This document shows, piece by piece, positions 1 to 10,913 of a stretch of DNA of 64,000 nucleotides. Every line of letters begins with the position of its first letter. Within the stretch, counting starts at the first letter, position 1. The stretch is from Peribolospora baueri (taxonomy: Eukaryota). Under the pieces are notes generated by a model that was given only the letters and a program-made list of their open reading frames with translations, was not told the DNA's origin and did not search any database. Location of the stretch: assembly GCA_029717555.1 (NCBI GenBank), contig JAMDHS010000016.1:124001-188000 (forward strand). Direction: 5' to 3'. Made by a program: the position numbers and the translations under genes.

Positions 1-255
1 TACTACTGCTAACTGCGTGACGACCACACTTTTTATCAGGAGAGTGAAATCCACAGGAGAATTTTGAACATGGGAGAAACCATGAAGGGAAAGGGGTAGT
101 GATGTAATGAATACATACGATGGCGTCGGATTGGACGAGGCGCGTCCGACGGAAGTAGACCTCCACGAAGGGTCATTCATTGAGCGAGCGCACCGACCGC
201 GGCTCCAACCTCTCACAACTGCACTCGCACGACACTCATGCGAGGAAGACCTCTC

Positions 256-2411
256 TCAAGCGCCCAGCCTGAGAAGCTCCCTGACGGCCATCGCGGCCTC
301 TCCCTCCTCCCCGACCGTGTAGCGCACCTCGCTCTTCTTGAGCCCATTGAACTGGGACGCGGCGCAGATGGTGTAGGCTCCCATGTCCTCAAATGCTAGC
401 CAGTCGCCCACGTCCAAGTCCGCCGGCAGGTAGGCGATCTCGCGCACGCAGTCGATCGAGTCGCACGTCGGGCCCCAAACGGAGCAGGGGATGAGAGCGC
501 CCGATGCGGTCTTTCCCGTCGTCTTATCCTCCCCTTGGACGTCTTCGTGTCTAGTCCAGCTGCTGTTGAAGCGACGGCGAGCGTCGAGGAGCTCCGGGGA
601 GAGACCGGGGGCGGCGATGGAGGGGTCGTAGACAAAATTGCCATGGAGTGTGAGCACTTTCGGGTGCACGACCTGGTGATCAAACATGATGCAGTTGAAC
701 GCGCCGTAGACTCCTTCGTTGGCGTAGTCTGATGAGGAAGGAAGATGACCAAGAAAGAGGAAGAAGCAGGGACGGGAATAGCGAGATGAGTTTGCGAGTT
801 GATGACCCATACGGCAGCGGAGACAGGCGGACAACTTACACATCACCAGAGGCTCTTCCTTCGCCTCGTCAGCTTGACCTTTGGTCTCGATCTCGGTCTC
901 GTCAACGAGAGCAGGAGGCTCAGGCCTCGCACTCTCCACGACCTCGATTTCCTCCGCTTCGGACACTCCTCCTCTTCCAACGTCCTCGTCGTCCTCGATG
1001 CCCAACACGCTCCTCCGAGCGATGATGTTGGCGGCAAGCGTGAAAGCCTTGCTAACGTAGTACCTCCCTGGTTCGGCGATGATCCTCACCCCGTCGGGCG
1101 AGTCGGCCTCCGTGCCCCCGGGGCCGAAGAGGCTGTCGGGGAAGAACTCCTGCAAAGCCGGACGGAGCACTTGGGCGATCTTCTCGAAGTTGTCGTGCCC
1201 GTATCCACCTCCCACGTCAAGGAGGCTGAATCGGTAGCCGGCGTCCTTACCCATGTCGAACGCAGCGCGAGCGCGTCGGAGAGCGTCGATGAAGCTCGTC
1301 GGGTCGTAGCAACCCGACCCAACGTGGAAGCTGACGCCCACGACGTCGAGATCAAGTTGCTTGGCGGCACGGAGGAGACGGGGCACGTTCTCGAGAGGCG
1401 AACCGAACTTGAGGCCGAGTTTGCAAAGCGACTTGGAGTCATCAGTGAGGATACGTACGACGAGCTGGGCACGAGGGTGGAAGCGTGCAATCTTGCGTAG
1501 CTCGTCGACGTTGTCGAACGTCGTCAGACGGACGCCCGCCCTGGCCGCGTGGCGGACGAAGGAACCCGCCTTGCAGGGGTTGGCGTAGATGATGCGAGAG
1601 GGGTCGACGCCGAGGTCGAGCACCGACTGGATCTCCCCGTTCGAGGCGCAGTCGAATCCGGCCCCGCACGCCGCGAGCAGGCGCAAAACATACGGGTCGG
1701 GGTTGCACTTGACAGCTAGTAGGAGAGAGGCCGACATTAGGCCAGTCATCCGATCAGCGGCGGCCCACCAGCACATCCGGCACATAATCAGCCTGCTCGA
1801 TCGAACGCGGGCTTACCATAGAAAGGCTCAACACGAGGGAGATGCTTCATCCACCTCTGATGCTGCATATACACCTCTCCGAGGTCAGCAATGAAAAATG
1901 CACTCTCGCCGTTCTCCTCACAGCTGTGGAGGTCGATGTCCCTCAGGTAGCTATGCAGTCGGTCGCGCACCGAGCCATCGTAGACTGGCTCCAGCGGTGG
2001 AGGAACTGGAGACCAGGAGGCAGCGCGTCCGACTCCAGGGCTCTTCGCGACAGGAGTCGCAGCGCCTGAGGTGAGCTCCAGCTTGGTCGGACTGAGACAG
2101 TCGGGAGTAGGAGGCGCCGTAGGCGGGAGGATCTGCTCGACGAGTTGCATAGTTGCGGTGGCGGTGCTCATGTTGAGCTTGGTCTGAGGTTCGTTGGCGG
2201 CGAAGTTCTTGTTCGTGGTTTGAATGGTTTTTGTAGACGTCGGCAAAGGAGACGAAGGCGGACGCGGCCTGTTCACCTCCTGCCCGTCATCAGAGCGAGG
2301 TGGGCAGAGGGGAGCCATGAGCCGGCCATGTTGGTTGTTCTGTTGGAAATTGGACTCGAGATGGGAGACGTGGATGTCAGGAGGAACGGCAACGATGTCG
2401 TCAGATCCCAT
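256..2411 (-). CDS. SPE1: Ornithine decarboxylase (3 coding exons; introns 1816-1716 and 839-729; start at 2411 or a downstream in-frame ATG such as 2171)
   Basis: Splicing gives the PLP-lysine motif PFYAVKCNPD, plus FDCAS, SFHVGSGC, LDVGGG, IAEPGRY, GVYGAFNCIMFDH, WGPTCDSID and MGAYT, all diagnostic of ODC. Confidence 0.96.
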
Positions 2412-2961
2412 CGGCTTTTCTGGAAGAAGATCCAAGCTGTGTGCTCGGTGGTGGATGGCGGGACAAGTAGAAGGGAATGAATGCCGAAGATGGAAGAAAG
2501 CTGGTCGGATCGATGTTGCTGAAGCCGGTTGCTATCGATACGAAGAAGAGACGTGTGTGACGGGTATGGAGAAGATGACAGATGAAGCGCGTAGGCCGAA
2601 ATGATAAACACTAGCAAGAGTAGGAGATTGGGCTGCATTGGAGAATCGGACAGACAACGATCGGTATGGAGGTCCGTCAGTTACGAGGTGGCCAAACGAC
2701 ACGAGCGGTACGGGTACACCAATGAAGAAGAGGCCGAGGGGTGAGATGACGCACTGATGACGAATGCTAAAGGAAGCTAGAGCTCCTCGAGCGAAGGCGA
2801 GACGCTGCGTGCGGACGCCCGCTCTTGAGCTCTTCAGTCGGGGGAGGGGGTGTTCCTCGCTTACGGATGCGAGGAACGAGGGCCGGAAGAGGGAATGTCT
2901 TGTTGAAAAGACGCCGTGGCGCGAAGAAGTCGTGCCGATGTTTTGGAAGATGTAGGCCAAC

Positions 2962-3134
2962 TTACGGCGGCCTGGAAAGGAGAGTGCAAAGGGGGTTATG
3001 AGGACTGCTCACACGTCCGCACGGGGACGGTGCTAGCGGGAGAGGAATAGGCGAGCGACTCACTTGAAGGATCCCGTCCGGGCGTTGGAACCGGCGGAAA
3101 GGAGATTGAGACGCAAGTTCTTCCGCGACGGAAT
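2962..3134 (-). CDS. Putative non-AUG (AUU) upstream conserved coding region of the ODC mRNA; 26 aa IPSRKNLRLNLLSAGSNARTGSFKPP-stop, with intron 3063-2972
   Basis: The minus strand reads GCC-ATT-CCG at 3137-3129 and stays open for 23 codons. A GTGAGT donor at 3063 and a pyrimidine-rich CAG acceptor at 2974-2972 then lead to AAG CCG CCG TAA. This matches the described architecture of ODC-homolog uCCs. Confidence 0.72.
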
Positions 3135-3673
3135 GGCGGGCGAACTGAAGTGAGCGAGAGGGAGGGGATCAGGTGCGGCGCGTGCGAGAGGGCGTCGGCG
3201 AAAAAAGCGAGGACTTCGACTACCGGGGTGACTTTTTGAGGAAGCGGGAAGAGGCTGAGATTGCGAGTGTTATCTGGATACCGCCTTCGGCGATCTGACT
3301 TGATCCCCGGTGCTGGAGGAAGATGCTGGAGGGAGGTGAGGTGGAGGAGATGAGGATGACGGGGCGACAAGAGAGCGAGTCGGGCAACGACGAGGCAGTG
3401 ACCGGCAAGACCATGAGAAGAAACGGCCATCGGCGGCCATCGGCGGCAAGAAAACGCCGCGTCGAAATGGAAGCGAATTTCACACGACTGTGGGCGCATC
3501 ACATGCAGTACTTGTGTGGTCCACGTAATCGGGCCACGTGACGTGCTCCACCCCGACGTTGCACCGCCTCGAACCGGACATGGCGCATGGATGATTGGAT
3601 TTCTCCAGCCTGAGCCTCATGAGCGTCGCTCCTTCTAGCCGTCGACGCCGCCACGGACAGGACGGCGGACAAG

Positions 3674-5630
3674 ATGGAGTCCATCGTCGACGCAAACGGC
3701 GTCTCACACACACCCGTGACCGCCAGCCGCGCTGATGACCCACGGTCGCCCCCTTCGCCCGCCCATGGCGGCGCTTCGACCGTGGACCACCCGTTGAGCT
3801 CCTCGTCGCCGTACGTCTATCTCTCCTCGTCTACCTTTCACCGCGTCTTCCACTGCCGCAGAACGGGATCCAAGGTCTCCTATGCCGACGTTGGCGCACG
3901 AGACGGCCCGCTCATCCTGCTCCTGCCGCCGAGCGGGTGCAGTAGGTGGGTGGGCGTCCTGATGGACGGGTATGCCAGGGCTCGCGGCGTCAGGTTGTGA
4001 GTCGGCCCGCGACCTGGCTCCTCCCGTCCTCCATGGCAGATCCAGCTTGGTAACACCAGGAAACGGAAACGGATTTATCTTGTTTCTCTTCAGACTCACC
4101 CCGGACCGGCCAGGACAGGGTGCGACGCCGCGGTGCCAGCTCGAGTGCCGCGTCGAGGTGGCCACGAAGCAGGCCCTCAGCTTACTCGAACATGTCTGCA
4201 ACGTTGAAAACGGCGATATCGGCGAGGTTTCCCTCATGACTCACAGCGGCGGCATATAGTGAGCACGGGGAACGGTTGCTTGAGTTGGCTTTCCGCGCCC
4301 TCTCACTTTGCCTTCCCCTCGCCTCTCGCTTTTTTACGCCCTAGCTTCCTCCTCCCCACCTATTTGGCCTTGCTTGGACAAGGTCCTGATGCCGATCCCT
4401 CGCTGCCTCGCCCTGCGCCGCGCATATTCCTTCTCAGCCCGTTCGTACCCACCTGCGTGTCGGGACAGCGATACTTCCCCCTCTTGCCCACCGCACTCGT
4501 CTCGAGCGGATACGTGGTCCTGCCGCCACTGTTATCCGCGAGCAAGGTCCTTGTGGACACGGGCAGGAAGCTTGGCACCGGCTGGACGACACTGAAGGGC
4601 GCCGTGGGCTCCGCGGGCTCTTTCTCCGGTTCGCTCCTCGGCAGTGAGGTGGACGAGGAAGAGGAGATGGCGGCGGAGGCGGAGCGACGGGCGCGGCTAG
4701 GCGAGAAAAGGCGGAAGGGAATCGAAGAGGAGAGGCGGAGGCGGAGAGAAAAGAGCGAGCGTAAATATCCCACCGCCGACCTTCACCCGCCATTCCGGTC
4801 TCAGGCTCGATTCAAGCTACGCGGTGACCTATTCGCCGCGTGGGCTCAGCGCCGCATGGCGGGGTTGGATCAGGATAGGCCGCCACAGACGTCGCTGTCT
4901 TTTCCGCGCCCGCCTTCCTCGACGACCTGGACGACTTCAGTAGGCTCAAACCGATCATCGCGGCCTTCGAAGCGGACGTCGACAACTTCGATCAGCCTGT
5001 CGCACTCCGAGGCGCCATCGACAGCAGCCAAAGAGTTTGCGGTGGACCTCCTCTTCTCTTTCCTCTCCGCCGAGGGGATGTGGGGCATCTCGCAGGAGCA
5101 CTTGCTCTGTTTGGGACGGGCTAAGGACGGCGGCCTGGGAAAGCTCGTGGAGCGCATCCGTGGAGGATTCGAGGACATTGCGGAGGCTTGGAGGGCCGAT
5201 CGCAGTGAAGGAACGAGTGGTAAGGGGAGCACGGATCATGAAGGGGGCGGAGAGCGGTCGGAGGGTGCAAGGTTGGAGGTGGAGATTTGGTGGGCTAGCG
5301 GGGATGGTATGATACCCAAGAAAGGCAGAGGTGAGAGGGACCTTGTCGTCTCCTCCAAGCATATGTGTCTCGCCACACGCTTGACATCTGTCCACTTTTG
5401 TCCCCCCCGCGGCCCCTCCCACAGATTGGCTCGACGACCTCCTCCGCTCCGCGAACCTCAACGACGCCATCTGCTTCATCCGCCACGAGCTGGGCGGGGG
5501 CGTGGCACACGACGTGCCGTTGAACACGCGAGACGTACTCGGTATGGCATACGACTGGGTTTTGAAGAGACAGGAGCGGAGCGAAGATACGGATTGTGGA
5601 GGCGGAGGGGAGGCTCGTCCGCCTTCGTGA
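3674..5630 (+). CDS. Uncharacterised alpha/beta-hydrolase-fold protein (multi-exon)
   Basis: VSYADVG...LILLLPPSGCSRW, PDRPGQG, a nucleophile-elbow-like THSGG, WWASGDGMIP and a C-terminal HD in the last exon (DWLDDLLRS...VAHDVPL...PPS-stop at 5630). Confidence 0.7.
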
Positions 5631-6363
5631 GGTGTGAGGTGAGTGGAAAGCTAGTCAACCCCTTTGCGCTGGCCGTCGTGGGGTTCACCTGGGCTCCTTT
5701 TCACCGATCAAGACGGGGGAAGGCGCCAGACGGGGTTTGGCCGGTGACGACGAACCCTCCATAGAGTGTAGTTGCAGTGCGCGTGTGTCCATCGTTGGTC
5801 GTGTATTTGCCGACATATGAGCCTCTAGATTTGCCGTTTGCTGCCTTTTACGCGGAGACGACCTATCCTCTGCCCCTGCCATCCGTCGGAGACAAATGGA
5901 GCCGATCCTTAAGGAGGTTCAGTAGAAGCACAGGCTGCTCGCCCGGATAAAAAGCCCACACCGAGCGAATTTCATTTGCAGCTCAGCCTGTCCGTGGCCA
6001 TAGCTATTAGTTCTAAGCGCCGGGCAAGTGTGCGGTCGACGTTGTCGAGAGTGTATCTGCCTGCCTACCTACGTTGGCAATTCCAGTTTCAGTCAGTCGA
6101 TGTTAGGGTGACGTCGTCCGTCTGTCCGTCTGAACTCGCCCGGAGTGAACGACCGGACGCAATCACGCGCGACCGGCCACTCGGCTCGCCGATCCGGTTC
6201 AGCCGCCGCCCCCGCACCGTCACTTGAAAAGCGCATCCCATCGTCCGTCCATCGTCAAAACCACAGTCTGTCCTTCCAGCATCCTTCTTCGCTTCCACAT
6301 CCACCTCCTTCAACCCGACACTTCCCCTCCCGCCACCTCGTTTGACCGCTTCGCTTCTCAACC

Positions 6364-8025
6364 ATGTCCCCCATTCCCCAAGGCAAGCAGGCCGTCCTCG
6401 CCAAGAGGGATGACGATGGTGAGCCGGATGTCGTGCTTCCCGTCGCCGTTCGATGGAACGAACGAGGGCCGTGCGCTCACTCTATCTTGCGCCGTTTCTC
6501 TCGCACGCCGTCTTGCCACTCACCCGTCAGTCGTCATCGTCTCTGCGCTCCGCACGCCCATCACCAAGGCCAAGAAGGGCGGCCTTGCGCAGGCGTGCCA
6601 GGAGGACATGCTTGCCGCCGTCTTCAAGGGCGTGATCGCGCAGTCCAAGGTGGACCCCAAGCTGGTGGAGGACGTCGCGGTTGGAAACGTCCTTCCTCCT
6701 GGTGGAGGCGCCACCGTCGCCCGCATGGCCGTCCTGTACGCTGGCTTCCCCAACTCGACCGCCGTTAACACGTTGAACAGGCAGTGCTCCAGCGGTCTCG
6801 CCGCCGTCAACCAGATCGCCAACGAGATCTCCATGGGCCAGATTGACATTGGCGTCGGCGCCGGTGTCGAGTCCATGACCATGAACGTGAGCAGACCGTT
6901 CGCTAGTGCTCGTGTGGTAAATATATCGAGAACTGACCGCCCCCCTTCCCCTGCCCCGCCCGCTTATTCCGTTCAGTACGGAGCCGGTGCCATGCCGGCC
7001 AAGATGTCCGAAGCAGTGATGGGCAACTCCGAGGCGACAGACTGCCTTCTTCCCATGGGCATCACCTCGGAGAACGTGGCGGCCAAGTTCGGCGTCACGC
7101 GGGACGCCCAGGACGCTTTCGCCGCCGAGTCCTTCCGTCGCGCCCTTGCGGCTCAAAAGGCCGGCAAGTTCGAGAGCGAGATCGTTGAGGTAGTCTATGA
7201 GGACGAGGATGGCAACACCCGCAGGGTGAACAAGGACGACGGCTTGCGCGAGGGCGTCACGAAGGAGGGCCTCGCCAAGCTCAAACCCGCCTTCTCCAAG
7301 GACGGCACCACTCACGCTGGTAACGCCAGCCAGGTCTCCGACGGCGCCGCCGCTGTCCTCCTCGCCCGCCGCTCTGTCGCCAAGAAGCTCGGCTTGCCCA
7401 TCATCGGCAAGTACGTCACCGCTGCCGTCGTCGGCGTGCCTCCCGAGATCATGGGGTGCGTATACGGTGCGGCGGAAGGGATGGAAAGCGATCGATCGAT
7501 CGAAGCTGACTTGTTGTCCACGTCTCCACGGCATTCCTTTCACTCATTCTCCTCGCATCTCGTACTACGACGACGACGACAGCGTCGGTCCCGCTGAGGC
7601 GATCCCCAAAGTACTCGCCAAGACGGGCCTGAGGAAGGAAGACGTGGACATCTACGAGATCAACGAGGCTTTCGCCAGCCAGGCGCTCTACAGCATCGAA
7701 AAGCTTGGCCTGGACAAGTCCAAGGTCAACCCGGTCGGTGGCGCCATCGCTCTCGGCCATCCTCTCGGATGTGAGCGGCGCCTTTCTCTTTTTTGTCCCT
7801 CGTCGTACTTGAATGCCCTTTGTCGAAGCCCGAAAATTTCAACTCGTCTCACGCCTCCAACCTTCCCTTCCACTCCACCTGTTCTTTTGTCCTTCTTCAG
7901 GCACCGGTGCCCGCCAGATCGCCACCGCACTCGCAGAGGCCAAGCGAGAGAACAAGAAGATCATTTGCACGAGCATGTGCATCGGAACCGGCATGGGCAA
8001 GGCGTCCATCATCGTAAATGAATAA
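6364..8025 (+). CDS. POT1: 3-ketoacyl-CoA thiolase (multi-exon)
   Basis: [19 protein letters not shown] (catalytic Cys), [32 protein letters not shown] and MCIGTGMG. Confidence 0.95.
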
Positions 8026-8374
8026 GCGCGTTCGTACCGGCCGGCCAACCAACCAACGCTTCTTGTACTTCGTACGTGCACGCACGCAGTTTTGGGAAAA
8101 TTGAAGATGCCATTGGATCATCGGATGAAGTAGCCCTGTGTGCGGTGATTAGCCATCGCGTTACGCGTTGACTCGTCAAAAATCGAATGACGGATGGCTC
8201 TACATCGTTCTAATTCGCGAAGGGGGAGGAGGAGTGGGGGGAGGGGGGAAGGGGGAAACTAAGTTCTACAGGGCGGGTCAAGCACATACATTTTTTCTAG
8301 CTGGAACACCTTGCGTTCCCCGCCCACGCCGGACAGAAGACACTCTACGCGTGTGCGGGACGGTGAGGCAGTGT

Positions 8375-10346
8375 TCAACCCAACCGAACGCCCTCGACCA
8401 TAGCAGCGGCCTGCGCGATAGCCTGCGCTGCCGCCACGGACTGAGAATCCCCAAAGTTCGAAGCGACGATCTGTTCTCGGTAGCAGCGGAGTCGGAGGCT
8501 TATTCGGCCGATCGACGGTGACGAGGGTCGCGGACGACAGGGTGAGCGAACAATGCGCTGGGGAAGAATTTAGTGGACGAAAAAAGAACGCATGCTTACA
8601 GATTGCGCTGGAGCATCGCCACTGTGACCTTGCCGATGGCGCCGATGTACATGGAGGCCTATCGAAGCGGCGGGCGAGAATAGCATGGCGTCGAGAGACG
8701 GGTCAATGAACGCATGGAAAGGACAGGGTGGCAGGCAACTTCGTCCCGTTCACAGACAAACGAACGCAGAAACCCCTTGTCGGACCCACCTTGTCCCTAA
8801 CGTCTGCCTCAAAATTCTTCTCGCTCGAAAAGTTGATGCACATGGCACCCTGCTTGATGTCCTCCGTATTGACCTTATACTCCTTGCTCGGCACCCCGCT
8901 AATCACCACGTCGCTCCTCCCCAAGCACTCTGCGAGACTCAATGTGCAGGGCGTCACTTGGTGGTGCGGATAGAAGCGGCTCACGGGAGCGCTGCCCGAT
9001 TCTTTGCTGGCGCTAAGGCCGGATTGGGTCTGCCGATCAGAGGTAGCGATACGGGAGCCGCGCCGGGCGAGATTAGAAGGTGCAGTGGTGGGACGCTTGT
9101 TGAACTCTTGGATGCCGTCCAGGTCTACCGAGAAGACGCGTGCGCCGTCGTTGGCAAGCAGCGCTGCCAGGGGTCGACCGACGACTTCAGAGCTGGTAGG
9201 AGGGCGAACGAACGACAAAGTGAGAAGACATTGAATGAGACGAATGCTAAAGCATCCAAGCTGACAAAAGGATGTTGACTTTCAACAGGGAGCTCGGATT
9301 CCTGTAACGATGCGCTCACCGGTTGATAACGGTGACAACCCGTCCATAGAGACGATCGCCAAAGGGCAGCTTGCTGTTGTACACGCCCAAATGCTCCAAG
9401 CACTTGACGATGGCCAAAGGCGTGCAAGGCAGAATGGACTTGACGAAGCCTTCAGGGATCGCGTTGGCATCCGACGATGCGGGAGACACGCTCGAGGCAG
9501 GATCAGAGAGATGGCGAGGGGAGGAAGAGAGAGCGGCTGCTGAAGCGCCCATCCCTCCCGTGCCGGCAAGCGTGCGAGGGTCGACGTAGCGGATATTGTC
9601 TGATCCCATAAACGCCAAGAGTCAGGTCGTGAGGCACAAGGTCAGGCCTTCCGGCACGCTGGACACGTTCTTCGAGCGGACTGGGAGACGGAGACGATGG
9701 AATGCAAGCTTACGGTAAAGGTTGAACATGTAGATGAAATTGAGTCCCTCCACGTCCTTGAGCGGGGACACGATCTGCTGCAGGTAGCCGTCCTGTCGAC
9801 CTCCAAAGATGGGGAAGTAGACCTGCAGCGTAGGAGAAGTTGTATGTCATTATTCATCCACCGCGAGCGTGAGAATGGGTCTCCAAGCACGAAAACAAGA
9901 CAGCTTACCATCATTCCGTCTACTGTGTCATCCTCATTCGCTTCAATGATCAGCTCTTCCACATCGTTCCCCGTATTCGGGTCGAGTGCCGCATCCCCCT
10001 CCGCACCCTCCGCATCGTCAGAGTAGGTCCTACGGATCTCAAACTCGATTCCAACAGCCTCGCAAGCCTTTTTCGACCACTTGGCGTAGGCAATGCTTGG
10101 AGCTGCACGCGTTGCAAGAATGCCTACAAGCTTGAGGGGACGAAACTCTTTGCCAAACGCGGAGGAGGAGGAGCGTGCGGCGGAGATGGCCGCAATGAGA
10201 GCCTCGTCGAACGGCTTGGAGACCGAATCGGCTTTTATGAGTCGGCCGCGGTAGTCGTGCGCAGGTGTGCCGTTGGAAACAGGCGCAGAGGAGGATGCCG
10301 AAGGCGCACTGGAGGAAGCCGCAGGGGCAGGTGCAGGTGAAGCCAT
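8375..10346 (-). CDS. MTD1: NAD-dependent methylenetetrahydrofolate dehydrogenase (multi-exon)
   Basis: KDVEGL, KSILPCTPLAIVKCLEHLGVYN, VTVINRSEVVGRPLAALLANDGARVFSVD, CINFSSEKNF and IGKVTVAMLQRNLLRL are characteristic of the MTD1 family. Confidence 0.93.
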
Positions 10347-10913
10347 GGTGGTACGGAGGCAAGGGTTGCTTCGGGACGCCCTGGCTGCTAAGCGCGAGGG
10401 ATGGAGACGAAGCGAGCGGACGAATATACTGGAACGGGGACCTGAGTAGAACTGTGTAGAACAAGAAATAAGGAGAAAGTGACAGAATGGAAGAGGAAGA
10501 AGGAGCATGAAGTCCAAGGAGAAAGACGGTCGACGGCGGGTAGGAGGAGAGCGGTTCATGTCAGCCTGCTCTCGTGACCGTCGTCACGCCGTTCACACCA
10601 AGCATGGGACACCAATCCATGCCGACTTGAAACCGGGCGTACACCCAAGGGCTCACCTGCCAGAGGCCAACAGCGGGAGGCGTTGTCCGTAGGTAGAGAT
10701 TGTAAAGCGTGCCAAGAAAGAAAGGCAAACGATCCCAGACGACGGCCGGACAAGCCTCTTTCTCAATTTATCAGGGCTACCGCAGCAAGTTCTAGGTGAT
10801 CGGTCGTGCCGCAGCACTAGTTTCTTCCAGGACGGTCCTGAGTTCGCATCTCACCCTCGACGTCGTCGTCCTCGACTCCGCACCCTCTCTCTTTGCGCGC
10901 TCCATCTCCCGCC

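Noticed and set aside
710..726. ODC has NEGVYG instead of NDGVYG; considered a substrate-specificity change
   Set aside because: The specificity Asp (D332 equivalent in FDH) and the catalytic CD motif are intact, and the change is conservative and at another position.
5836..5860. GCCTTTTAC, identical to U5 snRNA loop I
   Set aside because: The flanking stem is weak and there is no properly spaced Sm site or 3' stem-loop, so it is probably a chance 9-mer.
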